DNA of 64,000 nt from a virus. Lineage: Duplodnaviria; Caudoviricetes. Location of the stretch: IMG/VR virus record IMGVR_UViG_3300012979_000002, positions 56,527 through 120,526 of that record. One strand, given 5' to 3'. The translations under genes were made by a program, and so were the position numbers. Numbering within the stretch: the first letter of the stretch is position 1; every line of letters starts with the position of its first letter. Positions 1-9,886 of this stretch are shown here, one piece after another. A model generated the notes under the pieces. That model saw only the letters and a program-made list of their open reading frames with translations, had not been told where the DNA came from and made no database searches.

Positions 1-634
1 AGCATGGAAGGATTTCAAATGGACAAAGAACAAACGCATCGATGAAATCATTTGTGTATCGGATACGGCAGCTACTGGATTAAAAGCTACCATGAATTAT
101 GATAGTAAGGTTATCCATAATATTTTAGACAATGATTATACCATAGAGGATGGCTTAACTTTCATAACAATGTCAAGAGCTACCCCAGAGAAAGGTATCG
201 AACGAATGTTAAAAATGGCTCAAGAGTTTAAAAAAGCCAATAAAAAGTTTGTATGGTTTGTATGCTGTACATTAGACCAAGCCGATAGAAAAATTGTAGA
301 GGCTATTAAACAGATACCAGAATTTGTAATCATCCCACCAAGCATTCATAATAAAATGCTAATTAAAGGATGCGATTATTTAGTACAATTAAGTGATACA
401 GAAAGTTTTTGTTATAGTGCCTATGAGGCATTACAACGCAATGTACCTGTTATTTTAACTGATTTCCCAGAAGCTCATAACATTGTAGATGATGGAGAAA
501 ACGGTTTTATTATAAAAAGAGATTTAAGCAATTTGGACGTAGATAGAATTTTCAATGAACGTCCTAAATCAACATATTATGTAGATAGATGTAACCAAGA
601 TTTATGGTTGCAAGTTTTTAAAGGAGAATTATAG
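1..634 (+). CDS. Glycosyltransferase family 1/GT4-like, 5' truncated by the window edge
   Basis: Frame is open from base 2 (AWKDFKWTKNKRIDEIICVSD...). GT-B C-terminal motifs: R..PEKG, ESFCYSAYEAL, VPVILTD, ENGFII. Confidence 0.85.
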   Translation, partial: AWKDFKWTKNKRIDEIICVSDTAATGLKATMNYDSKVIHNILDNDYTIEDGLTFITMSRATPEKGIERMLKMAQEFKKANKKFVWFVCCTLDQADRKIVEAIKQIPEFVIIPPSIHNKMLIKGCDYLVQLSDTESFCYSAYEALQRNVPVILTDFPEAHNIVDDGENGFIIKRDLSNLDVDRIFNERPKSTYYVDRCNQDLWLQVFKGEL

Positions 635-635
635 T

Positions 636-905
636 ATGAGAAAGACGGCTGCTTTTTGGACCGAGGACTTGCTGAATAAGTTTATAAGAGTGGCCATGCT
701 TACCCCAGAGGAAAGCGAAATAATCAGGTTGAGAATATATAGCTACACTTTGGAAGAAATAGCGGCTGCCACCGGCTTGAGTACCAGCACTGTTTCTCGC
801 AGAATAAAATTATTAAATGACAAATACGATGAAGTGGAAGTAGAATATGGGTTCCCTCATAGAACCAAATTAATTAAGATGGATAAAGATGAGTATCCAT
901 CTTAA
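636..905 (+). CDS. Sigma-70 region-4-like HTH DNA-binding protein
   Basis: LTPEE..I..LR....TLEEIAAATGLSTSTVSRRIKLL. Confidence 0.8.
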   Translation: MRKTAAFWTEDLLNKFIRVAMLTPEESEIIRLRIYSYTLEEIAAATGLSTSTVSRRIKLLNDKYDEVEVEYGFPHRTKLIKMDKDEYPS

Positions 906-920
906 TTTTTTTTGCCTTTT

Positions 921-1046
921 TATCATTTCTCTATCACTAGTTTATCATAATTTTATTAAGTTCTTTTCATAGTTTTATCATTATCATATCAAAAGCTTGC
1001 GAACCCTTGTAAATAAAGGCTTCGCAGCTCTTTTTTCTTTTTATCA
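921..1046 (+). repeat. TATCA pentamer array phased at 11 bp
   Basis: TATCA or a one-mismatch variant at 921, 932, 943, 954, 965, 976, 987 and 1042. Confidence 0.75.
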
Positions 1047-1113
1047 TTTTTTATTAAACTGCTACTATATGAGTGAAAGATAAAAAACAAAAAAAGAAAA
1101 GAGGTGATACAAA

Positions 1114-1365
1114 ATGTTTATAGGTAGTTTTTTTAGGGTACGCGACAGAACTGAAGCGGAACGAGCAATACCTACAGGGACAGGCTCTACAATTATATTT
1201 ATAGAAACCGAAAATAAGTTGTATGAGAAGAATAGATATGGAATGCTATTAGAGTATAATTTAGGCTTGTCCCCTAATGCTGAGCTTGATAAGCGTCTAA
1301 CCGAATTGGAGACCGCTTTTAAAAAATTAAATGAAGAACTAGGAGGAACACAAAATGAGATTTAA
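1114..1365 (+). CDS. Hypothetical protein with C-terminal coiled coil
   Basis: GAGGTG RBS; overlaps the next gene. Confidence 0.75.
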   Translation: MFIGSFFRVRDRTEAERAIPTGTGSTIIFIETENKLYEKNRYGMLLEYNLGLSPNAELDKRLTELETAFKKLNEELGGTQNEI

Positions 1366-1600
1366 CCCACAAACACTAATGCAAATGATGGTACAAAGAG
1401 ACCCTGGACTAATGCAACGCTTTCAACAATTTCAACAAATGATGCAGAATAGTCCACAAATGCAACAACAGTATATGGCTTTCCGTAAGGATATAGCTAA
1501 CAACCCACAAATGCAAGACCAGGCGGTGAAGAGTGTAATTGATAAAATTAACAATTTACCACCAGCTGGGGGACCAACACCCCCAACAAACATTGGATAA
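1355..1600 (+). CDS. Gln/Met-rich small protein
   Basis: AGGAGG RBS; low-complexity Q/M/N/P sequence. Confidence 0.75.
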   Translation: MRFNPQTLMQMMVQRDPGLMQRFQQFQQMMQNSPQMQQQYMAFRKDIANNPQMQDQAVKSVIDKINNLPPAGGPTPPTNIG

Positions 1601-1658
1601 CACTTACTGGGCCCAGTCAAGTTTATCATATATATAGGAAAAGGAGGAAGGAAACACT

Positions 1659-2240
1659 ATGGAAACAATGAATGGAATTATGCCAGTATATAATATGGCA
1701 GACAACAACACTAATCGATGTGGATTTGGAGGAGGAGACGACTGGATTTGGTTATTAGTCTTCTTCGCTTTAATGGGAGGAAATGGCTTCGGATTTGGTA
1801 ACAATGCTAGCGCAGTTACATCAGATTTCTTATTAAATCAAACTAGCCGTTTAAGCGAACAAATCTTAACGCAAGCTAATGCTACTAATCAAGGTATCTG
1901 CGATTCTACTTATGCTATTAATAATAGTTTAAAAGATTTGGGGGCACAATTATCTCAATGCTGCTGCGACAACAGATTTGAGATGTCTCAAGGCTTCTGC
2001 GGAGTAAACAGAAACATAGACAACCTAAGATACGAAATGGCAGAAAAATTCTGTGCAGTTTACAACAATCAAGCTAGAGACACAGCTCAAATCTTACAAG
2101 CTATTTCAGACAAAGGATACCAAGAACAAATTAGAGAATTAGAAAGAGATAATTTAGCATTATCTCAACGTAACCAAACTACAACCATTTTATCAGCAGT
2201 CCAAGATATGTTAAAAAACAGCGGAACTATTTCAGCGTAG
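1659..2240 (+). CDS. Conserved-type phage hypothetical protein (Gly-rich hydrophobic N-terminus, CCC-containing coiled coil)
   Basis: GFGGGDDWIWLLVFFALMGGNGFGFG, QCCCD, heptad-rich; strong RBS. Confidence 0.8.
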   Translation: METMNGIMPVYNMADNNTNRCGFGGGDDWIWLLVFFALMGGNGFGFGNNASAVTSDFLLNQTSRLSEQILTQANATNQGICDSTYAINNSLKDLGAQLSQCCCDNRFEMSQGFCGVNRNIDNLRYEMAEKFCAVYNNQARDTAQILQAISDKGYQEQIRELERDNLALSQRNQTTTILSAVQDMLKNSGTISA

Positions 2241-2243
2241 ATA

Positions 2244-2720
2244 ATGTTTAAGACTTACATGGACCGCATTTACGATAGATACCACACGGAAACTACGATG
2301 CACGATACAATAGCAATTATATCAGAGATTATGGAAGAAGTGAGAGTAAAGGATGAGAAGATATATAATGACATGATTTGCAAGTTAAAAAAGTATATGT
2401 ATAAAGTTAGTTTAGAGGAAGCGGAAAGTATAGTTGCTAATATGTGGAACGAGTATGGTGTAAAAGGTGGTCGATGGACATACGACCAAGTATGTGAAGT
2501 TGCCAAACAATACTCTATACCCGAAACGATAGATAGGTGTGAGTTATATGTCGTAATGAATATGTGGGCTACGGACTATCAAAGAACCATGCAACACTAT
2601 GGTTTAGACGATAGGGTAGACATTTATTTAATGTTCAGTTGTGATTGGCTAACAGATTGCGACTTTGGTAAAGGTAAAGTATATAAATACTTTGTAGAAA
2701 TGAAGAAAGAGGATGAATAA
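2244..2720 (+). CDS. Hypothetical protein
   Basis: Follows the upstream gene by 3 nt; terminator follows. Confidence 0.75.
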   Translation: MFKTYMDRIYDRYHTETTMHDTIAIISEIMEEVRVKDEKIYNDMICKLKKYMYKVSLEEAESIVANMWNEYGVKGGRWTYDQVCEVAKQYSIPETIDRCELYVVMNMWATDYQRTMQHYGLDDRVDIYLMFSCDWLTDCDFGKGKVYKYFVEMKKEDE

Positions 2721-2738
2721 TCCTCTCTTTCTTTTTTT
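2705..2738 (+). terminator. Rho-independent terminator
   Basis: AGAGGA-tgaataa-TCCTCT followed by a T-rich tail. Confidence 0.6.
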
Positions 2739-2758
2739 GAGTAAAAGGCGTAAGTTTA

Positions 2759-2771
2759 TACTATATATTAG
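2759..2771 (+). promoter_or_regulatory. Putative late-promoter motif TACTATATATTAG
   Basis: Identical copy at 16360-16372 and partial copy at 1063-1070; each lies just upstream of a late gene. Confidence 0.5.
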
Positions 2772-2800
2772 GGAAAGAAAAATCAAAGGAGGTATATGTT

Positions 2801-3994
2801 ATGGCAAAAATGACAGACAAAGAAAAGATTGCTCGCATTGAAAAGGCGCCAAAAGAAATGCAAACTATGGTAGCCAAAGCCTTTATTAGAGAGGACATTG
2901 ACAATGAAAATATTCAGTTCCTATTTAATACTGACACAATCGAACAATTAAATGACCCTAACGAAGATAGTGGGGTAGAAAACATTAACGCTGAACAACC
3001 GCAAGGAATCGGAGCAGGTGAATTTTTCGTTAGAACTTACAAACCTAGTAACAACAAGAACTTTATAACTACTGGGTCTGGCGGATGGAACACTTGTATC
3101 AAGGGATATCCTATGGACGCTAACGCGAATGTATTGGCAAACTGTGTAGGGTATGCTAGTGGACGCTTCAATGAAATCATCAATGAAGCAAGAGGAACTA
3201 CTGGATGCGCTTACAAAGGTTTAAACTGTAATGCAGAGTGGTTCATTGAAAGAGCAAACCAAGCTGGATTGAAAACTGGTTCAACTCCAAGAGTTGGAGC
3301 TATCATGTGCTGGCAAAAAGGTACAGTAGATGGCGGAGGCGATGGAGCCGGACATGTTGCTATTGTTGAAAAAGTAAATAGTAATGGAACTGTTTATACA
3401 TCAGAATCAGGTTATGGCTCAACAGCATTCTGGAACCAAACGAGAAGTAATTCTAATGGAAGATGGGGAAGCGGAAGTGGATACACATTTAGAGCTTTTA
3501 TTTATTTACCTAGTGATGTTCAAAAGGTAGTAGATGGAGCAGTTAATCCACCAGCACCAACACCTACACCTGGACCAAGTGGTAAGTTTGAAATTGGAAA
3601 TAAAGTAGTCATTAATGGACCTTTATATTATACAGCAAACGATACAACACCAAATGGTTCAGTATCAAATAAAATAACTACTATCACTCGCAAAGCAGTG
3701 GGGACAGCTCATCCTTATAATACTGAAGGAGATTTAGGATGGATGGATGAAAGTTCAATCACTCAATATGTTGAACCTGCACCAGTACCTACTAAAACAT
3801 TAGAGATAGGTAATACCGTTAAGATTGTAGGGACTGGAAACGGTAGTTCATATGGTACATCAAATACCGCTTATGGTATCGGATGGACTAGACAAATTTT
3901 AGACATCTATGAGGGCAGACCTTACCCTTATAGAGTTGGTAATGCAACTGGTACTACAGGTTTTTATAAAGCCAGTTCGTTACAAAAACAATAG
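2801..3994 (+). CDS. Endolysin: CHAP domain, Pro-rich linker, two SH3-like cell-wall-binding repeats
   Basis: NCVGYA..R, GAIMCW, GHVAIVEKV, SES. Confidence 0.9.
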   Translation: MAKMTDKEKIARIEKAPKEMQTMVAKAFIREDIDNENIQFLFNTDTIEQLNDPNEDSGVENINAEQPQGIGAGEFFVRTYKPSNNKNFITTGSGGWNTCIKGYPMDANANVLANCVGYASGRFNEIINEARGTTGCAYKGLNCNAEWFIERANQAGLKTGSTPRVGAIMCWQKGTVDGGGDGAGHVAIVEKVNSNGTVYTSESGYGSTAFWNQTRSNSNGRWGSGSGYTFRAFIYLPSDVQKVVDGAVNPPAPTPTPGPSGKFEIGNKVVINGPLYYTANDTTPNGSVSNKITTITRKAVGTAHPYNTEGDLGWMDESSITQYVEPAPVPTKTLEIGNTVKIVGTGNGSSYGTSNTAYGIGWTRQILDIYEGRPYPYRVGNATGTTGFYKASSLQKQ

Positions 3995-4017
3995 ACTAGA
4001 AGAGGGAGGAATATTAA

Positions 4018-4323
4018 ATGATAACAGTTCAAGAAAAAACTGTCGATTTAACAAACTATAACTCTGAAGACCTATTTATTAGCAAGGCAGACGGAGGCAC
4101 TCTTTATATTCAATTAGAAGGAGATGCCTCTATTAACCTTACTGGTAAAAATTCAGAACTAGAAACTTATGTTAGCTTACCAGTAGTTAATATGAGTACA
4201 TTTGTTAAAACAGACAACATTACATCAGCAGGGTTCTATATGTGTGTAATTGGTGGTTTAGACCAAATTAAAATGGAAGCCAACGGTTCAGGGAAAATGC
4301 ACTGGAAGGTTATGGGTGATTAA
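4018..4323 (+). CDS. Hypothetical beta-rich virion-associated protein
   Basis: RBS; late-operon context. Confidence 0.65.
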   Translation: MITVQEKTVDLTNYNSEDLFISKADGGTLYIQLEGDASINLTGKNSELETYVSLPVVNMSTFVKTDNITSAGFYMCVIGGLDQIKMEANGSGKMHWKVMGD

Positions 4324-4325
4324 TC

Positions 4326-5570
4326 ATGGCAGTAGATGTATTTGCAAGAGCCCTTGCCGTGGCAGCTAGTGATGGAGCCAAAGTAGATTTAAGTAATTAT
4401 TATACAAAAGAAGAAGTAGACAACAAAGGATTTGTTCCTACTTTTATGTGGGACGGTAGTAGTAGTGAAGACAATCCTGACAACCTTCAACTATTTACTG
4501 ATTTTTATAAAGCTTGGGAAGAATATAATGGAGAAGTTCATTTAATGGCTACGACTCCACATTCTCAAAACCCTGTTTATATGGCTTTGAGCGTTCAACG
4601 TGACTTGCCTCATGGAGGGAAAGACTATTTTTATTTTTCATCAACGACGGATTGGTGGAGTTCAGAAGACTGGGATAGCGAAGAATGTCAATTCTATCAA
4701 AAGTCTGCTTCTGCCATTTTCAGAAATGGAGAGTGTATAGAAGTTTCTGAGCTAGGTGATTATGAACTTAACTTTAACTATTTATCAACTACAAGAGTAT
4801 ACGGTGGAGGAGATTACTACAGCCCAATTTCTGACGGAAGTCCAGTTTCTAAGGGGTATATGGTTGAGGTTTTACAGGATGGAACATATTCTGTAAGTCC
4901 AGAACAATTAGAAGAAAAGTTTCAAACTTTAATAACAGAACCAATTCTTACCGTTGAGGAAACAGAAACAGACGAAATAGAGTTTGTTGCTTATGAACCT
5001 GAAGAAGGCGGAGAATATGATTTCGTTTATGAAGATAAATGGTGGGGTTCAGGGTATAGGTCTAACAACGGAGCACATGATAACTCTTATGCTCTTGGAA
5101 AGTTTATACTTAATAACCCAACTGATAAAACTCTTAGATGTTCAATTGACTATGATTTAAGTTGCGCTGTTGGAGATACAGCGGTATTTTCAGAACTAGA
5201 TACCGAAGTGGCAGCAAACAGCTGGAATGATTACACTAACGTTCGTAAAGTAATCACAGGAGAAACTTATACTTATGGTTCAGTTACATACGATTTAACA
5301 CCAGGAGAACACTTTATTACCTTTAAATATATGGTAGGCTGGAAAGACGAAGGTGAAGGCGAAGAAGATTCATTACTTGTTTCTTATGGTTGGACACATG
5401 GAGTGGTTCAAGAACATCAATTAGCCACAGAACAATTTGTAAAAGATTATGTTGCAGCTAACGGTGGAGGAAGTGGTGAAAGTTATACTAGAGAAGAGAT
5501 TGACGAAAAAATAGGAGACATCAATTCTATTTTAGCTACCATAGTAACTCCTACAGAAGAGGAGGCATAA
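4326..5570 (+). CDS. Acidic putative structural/receptor-binding protein
   Basis: DLSNYYTKEEVD and YTREEIDEKIGDI fibre-type motifs; beta-sandwich-like segment GEHFITFKY. Confidence 0.65.
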   Translation: MAVDVFARALAVAASDGAKVDLSNYYTKEEVDNKGFVPTFMWDGSSSEDNPDNLQLFTDFYKAWEEYNGEVHLMATTPHSQNPVYMALSVQRDLPHGGKDYFYFSSTTDWWSSEDWDSEECQFYQKSASAIFRNGECIEVSELGDYELNFNYLSTTRVYGGGDYYSPISDGSPVSKGYMVEVLQDGTYSVSPEQLEEKFQTLITEPILTVEETETDEIEFVAYEPEEGGEYDFVYEDKWWGSGYRSNNGAHDNSYALGKFILNNPTDKTLRCSIDYDLSCAVGDTAVFSELDTEVAANSWNDYTNVRKVITGETYTYGSVTYDLTPGEHFITFKYMVGWKDEGEGEEDSLLVSYGWTHGVVQEHQLATEQFVKDYVAANGGGSGESYTREEIDEKIGDINSILATIVTPTEEEA

Positions 5571-5573
5571 AAT

Positions 5574-6827
5574 ATGGCTACCACAGAACAATACTTAAAA
5601 GAGATTATAAAACAAAAAGAAACGCTAGCGCAAACCCTAAAAGATAATGGTGTTGAGGCACAGAGCGAAGAGACCTTTAATACACTAATACCAAAAACAA
5701 GTACTATCAGACCAGAGCCAGAGCAAGGTTTCATAGTTGAAGAATGGACTAAACAAACTAACTCTGGTTCGAAGGTACCTAAAATAATTAGAACTATAGG
5801 ATACGAAGTATTACCAACCTTTGGTTTTGCTTGCATATCACCAGGTTTTGGAAGTCCTTGCGGATTTACTGGAGATGTAACAGAGGTTTACTTAAATGAA
5901 GGATTAACAGATACAGGACGTTATGCCTTTTATTCATCTGCAGGAACTTCATCTGTTAATAGATTAAAAACAGTTCATTGGCCTTCTACCATTCAAAAGA
6001 TAGGGTCTTATACTTTCTATAATAATGGTAAATTGGAAATGAGCGAATTACCTGAAACAATTACATCTATTGGTTCATATGCTTTTTACAACTGTGATAG
6101 CATTACTTTTAAAAATATACCAGATGCAGTTAATTCGATTGGTGACTATGCTTTATGCTCTTCAACAGGATTAACAGAATTGACTTTGAATGTTGAGTCA
6201 GTTGGAGACTATGGGTTATATAACAATACTAATTTAACCACTCTCCATTTTAAGAAGCCAGTATCACTTGGGGCTAATGCTTTATATGGTAATTCCAAAT
6301 TAACAAACTTAAACACTGAGAATATTATTACAGCAGGGTCTAACGCTTTTGCTAATGTACCATTAGAAGATTTTAAATTTGATAGTTGGGAAAGTACAAT
6401 ACCTAAATTAGCATTTTCTGATGTACCAACCCTAAAGATAAAAACTTTACCAGCACATATTACTGGTTTAAGAGATGGTAGTTTTAGAAATGACAAGGGT
6501 ATTACTCAATTGTCTTGTTATATTACCAACGCTTCTGATGGTTCTAGTTACTGGTATCCTTTTAGTGGATGTTCTAATATTAAGGCTTTGTATTTTGCTG
6601 CGCCTTGGGATACTCCAACACAAACTAGAAGTCGTTATATAGGTTCTGGTTGTACAGGATTAAAATATTTATATATTAATATGCCTAGGGCTGAAGTTGA
6701 AGCTATGTCTGGTTATAGTTATAAATTTGTTAACAAGGCAGCTCAAGAAGTTACAATCATATGTAATGATGACGCTGACTGGATAACTAAAGAAGAGTTC
6801 GATGCTATAGATTGGACTACTAGATAG
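5574..6827 (+). CDS. BspA-type leucine-rich-repeat protein (LRR_5)
   Basis: Repeats such as LPETITSIGSYAFYNC and IPDAVNSIGDYAL. Confidence 0.85.
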   Translation: MATTEQYLKEIIKQKETLAQTLKDNGVEAQSEETFNTLIPKTSTIRPEPEQGFIVEEWTKQTNSGSKVPKIIRTIGYEVLPTFGFACISPGFGSPCGFTGDVTEVYLNEGLTDTGRYAFYSSAGTSSVNRLKTVHWPSTIQKIGSYTFYNNGKLEMSELPETITSIGSYAFYNCDSITFKNIPDAVNSIGDYALCSSTGLTELTLNVESVGDYGLYNNTNLTTLHFKKPVSLGANALYGNSKLTNLNTENIITAGSNAFANVPLEDFKFDSWESTIPKLAFSDVPTLKIKTLPAHITGLRDGSFRNDKGITQLSCYITNASDGSSYWYPFSGCSNIKALYFAAPWDTPTQTRSRYIGSGCTGLKYLYINMPRAEVEAMSGYSYKFVNKAAQEVTIICNDDADWITKEEFDAIDWTTR

Positions 6828-6839
6828 GAGGTATAAAAC

Positions 6840-7259
6840 ATGTTAGATGCTATATTAACAACTTTAAAAATTATGGGTTGGTTAGGTGTTGTATTAGCAC
6901 TTGTAGTAATAGTAAATACAGTATGCGGTACAGTATTTAACATCAGCTCTAAGAAAGAAAATTTCTGCTGGAAAAGATTATTAAAAGGTTTAGGAAAGTC
7001 ATTAGTTTTTTATATAAGCGCTACCTTAATGGGAGTTGCTTGTACAATGCTACCTTACATTAATGAAATGATTACTAAAGCTTTCGGTACAGTACTACTT
7101 TCAAATGATATTTTAACTACACTGTCTAGTGTAGGAGTTTTAGGTGTGGTAGTAGCTGCTATCGTATCGCTAGGTAAAAAAGCTATCGCAAATGTGGTAA
7201 AGTTAGCAAACATGGCTTACGAAACAGAAGAAATTACTTGGAAAGTAGAAGAAGAATAA
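6840..7259 (+). CDS. Putative holin
   Basis: Three hydrophobic helices, F.WK.LLKGL.K motif, charged C-terminus. Confidence 0.7.
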   Translation: MLDAILTTLKIMGWLGVVLALVVIVNTVCGTVFNISSKKENFCWKRLLKGLGKSLVFYISATLMGVACTMLPYINEMITKAFGTVLLSNDILTTLSSVGVLGVVVAAIVSLGKKAIANVVKLANMAYETEEITWKVEEE

Positions 7260-7277
7260 AAATTAGGAGGCACAAGA

Positions 7278-8150
7278 ATGGGCATTTATAAGAGAGTAAA
7301 TAAAACTTGTGGGAACCCAGGAGACTTGTATGCCAATGTAAGAGAAGATAGTAATAAGGCTACTGTTCATACGCCTTATGGTACTAGAGTATATCAAAAA
7401 GTATCAAAAGACCAAATGGACGAAGACTTATTAATGAAAATAAAATCTAACCCAAATCTATCAATGGCGGAGTTAATGCCGTTCATTGATGCTTTGGGAG
7501 ATTATATTTTCTTAACAAACAAGCCTAAAATTAATGGTGTTGTTTTAGAAGGAGATAAAAGCACAGAGGATTTAAAAATCTACAGTAAGGTCGGTGCTGA
7601 CATTGTAACCTTTACCGATGGAGAAACATTACAAGAAAAATATGACAATGGTAGTTTCGGTAATGGGGCCAATGATTATGCCAAATTAAACAACAAACCT
7701 ACAATCAATGGCATTGTATTAAATGGAGATTTAACTGCTGCGAGTCTAGGTATCATTGATGATACCGCTCCTTCAACTCAAGGTACTTGGTCATCTGCTT
7801 ATATTAAACAGCAAATTGATACTGCCCCAGCGGTTATTACTTCAATAAGCGGCACTGATGAAAAGCCTATCATTGCTGCGGACTTGCTTTTAGGCTCATA
7901 TGTTATATCTGGAAAGATACAATCAAGTCAAAATAATGTGACCACAATCAGAGTATCAAAACCAAGACAATATATAGTAAATAGAGATGTAGAAGGTACT
8001 ACTGTGTTATGGGAACAAAACCCATTCGCAGCATCACAATACTATATAGTATTTTACCACGAAGGTCCAGACGCACCACAGGAGAAGACCATAGACGTGG
8101 TAACTAAGGCTGACTTAGAACAAGCTAAATTAGACTGTGGTAATTTCTAA
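7278..8150 (+). CDS. Tail-fibre-associated protein
   Basis: Repeated L.NKP.ING..L.GD motif; TWSS; C-terminal LDCGNF. Confidence 0.7.
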   Translation: MGIYKRVNKTCGNPGDLYANVREDSNKATVHTPYGTRVYQKVSKDQMDEDLLMKIKSNPNLSMAELMPFIDALGDYIFLTNKPKINGVVLEGDKSTEDLKIYSKVGADIVTFTDGETLQEKYDNGSFGNGANDYAKLNNKPTINGIVLNGDLTAASLGIIDDTAPSTQGTWSSAYIKQQIDTAPAVITSISGTDEKPIIAADLLLGSYVISGKIQSSQNNVTTIRVSKPRQYIVNRDVEGTTVLWEQNPFAASQYYIVFYHEGPDAPQEKTIDVVTKADLEQAKLDCGNF

Positions 8151-8169
8151 TTAAAGGAGGAAAATAAAA

Positions 8170-9846
8170 ATGGCAAATATTATTAAAATTAAAAGAGGGC
8201 TAGAGGCCAACTTAGCAAATTTAACCTTACAACCAGGTGAATTAGGAGTAACATTAGACACTCAAAAATTATATGTTGGTGATGCCAATGGAGTTAAACA
8301 ATTAATTAAAGGTGCCGCTGCTGGTGTAGTAGAAGCTGCTGATAAATTATCAACAGAAAGAACTATTGCTATTAGTGGTGACGCTACAGGTAGCGCTTTA
8401 TTTGATGGTTCAAAAGATGCTACAATCGCTTTAACATTAGCTACTAGCGGAGTTGCTGCTGGAACTTACAATAACGTAACAGTTAATGCTAAAGGTTTAA
8501 TCACTAGTGCTACTAACGTAGTTTACAAAGTTGAAGACATTCAAGGATTACAAGACGCATTAAACTTAAAAGCTAATGCAGCTGACGTTTACAAAACTAC
8601 TGAAACTTACAGCAAAACTGAAGTAGATGCTAAAATCGATGCTAAAGATTCATTACCTAGCCAAGAAAATAACGCAGGTAAATTCTTACAAACTGACGGA
8701 AGCAAAGCATCTTGGGCTACAGTAGACTTAAGTTCTAAAGCTGACGTAACTGCTGTAAATGAATTAGCAAACACAGTTGCTACAAAAGCAAACGCTGCTG
8801 ATGTTTATACACAAACTCAAGTTAATGATTTATTATCACCAATCAATGCAAGTTTAGCAGACAAAGCTAACGCTGACGATGTATACACTCAAGCAGAAGT
8901 TAATACATTATTAAATGGTAAAGTAGATAACGAAGACATCTATTCTAAAACTCAAATCGATTCTATGGTTGGAGAAAAAGCTAACTCAGCTACAACTTTA
9001 GGTGGATACGGAATCACTGATGCTTATACTCAAACTCAAATTGAAGAAAAATTAGAAACAAAAGCTAATAAATCAGATGTTGATACAGCATTAGCTACAA
9101 AAGCTGCAGCTAGTACAGTAGAAACTTTATCTACTAATGTAAGTACATTAGATAGTAATAAAGCTGACAAAGCAGAAAGCTTAGAAGGATATGGAATCAA
9201 AGACGCATATACTAAAACAGAAGTTGACGGTATGGTTGCTGGAACATTCCACTTCAAAGGTGAAAAAGATTCTTTAGAAGAACTTAACGCTTTAACAGGA
9301 ATGAAAGAAGGAGACGTTTACCAAGTTAAGGACAAAGAATATGCTTACAATGGTAAAAGCTGGGTTGAATTAGGTTTCAACATTGATTTAAGTGCTTATG
9401 CTACAACAGCTGGAGTTGCTGAAACATATGCTACTAAATCATCTGTAAACACTGAATTAGCTAAAAAAGCTAACAGCGCTGATGTATATACTAAGGGAGA
9501 AGTTGATGGACAAGTTGAAACTATCAATGCTAACATCAATTTAAAAGCTAATAGTGCTGATGTATATACTTCAACTACAGTAGATACTAAATTAGCTAAC
9601 AAAGCTGACAAAGCTACTGATTTAGCTGGATATGGTATCACAAATGCTTACACTAAAACAGAAACAGATAACTTATTAAAAGGAAAGGCTGACAGCGCTA
9701 CTACATTAGCTGGTTATGGAATTACTAACGCTTACACTAAAACAGACATCGATGGTAAGTTTACAACAGTTAATAACAACATTAATGCTAAATTAGACGC
9801 TAACAGCGTTATAGATGGAGGAGAATTCGGCGCTACAGCTGAATAG
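8170..9846 (+). CDS. Tail fibre protein (Mtd_N-like N-terminus, repetitive shaft)
   Basis: IKIKRG...L.PGELG...DT.KLYVGD; repeats KAN.ADVYT and TL.GYGITDAYTK. Confidence 0.85.
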   Translation: MANIIKIKRGLEANLANLTLQPGELGVTLDTQKLYVGDANGVKQLIKGAAAGVVEAADKLSTERTIAISGDATGSALFDGSKDATIALTLATSGVAAGTYNNVTVNAKGLITSATNVVYKVEDIQGLQDALNLKANAADVYKTTETYSKTEVDAKIDAKDSLPSQENNAGKFLQTDGSKASWATVDLSSKADVTAVNELANTVATKANAADVYTQTQVNDLLSPINASLADKANADDVYTQAEVNTLLNGKVDNEDIYSKTQIDSMVGEKANSATTLGGYGITDAYTQTQIEEKLETKANKSDVDTALATKAAASTVETLSTNVSTLDSNKADKAESLEGYGIKDAYTKTEVDGMVAGTFHFKGEKDSLEELNALTGMKEGDVYQVKDKEYAYNGKSWVELGFNIDLSAYATTAGVAETYATKSSVNTELAKKANSADVYTKGEVDGQVETINANINLKANSADVYTSTTVDTKLANKADKATDLAGYGITNAYTKTETDNLLKGKADSATTLAGYGITNAYTKTDIDGKFTTVNNNINAKLDANSVIDGGEFGATAE

Positions 9847-9862
9847 TCCTCCCCTTTTTTTA
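9817..9862 (+). terminator. Possible terminator
   Basis: GGAGGA...TCCTCC followed by a poly-T run. Confidence 0.4.
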
Positions 9863-9886
9863 TTACAAAATTAAGGAGGGACAAAG

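Noticed and set aside
900-1060. CRISPR array
   Set aside because: Repeats are 5-mers at an 11-bp period; I saw no repeat-spacer structure anywhere in the window.
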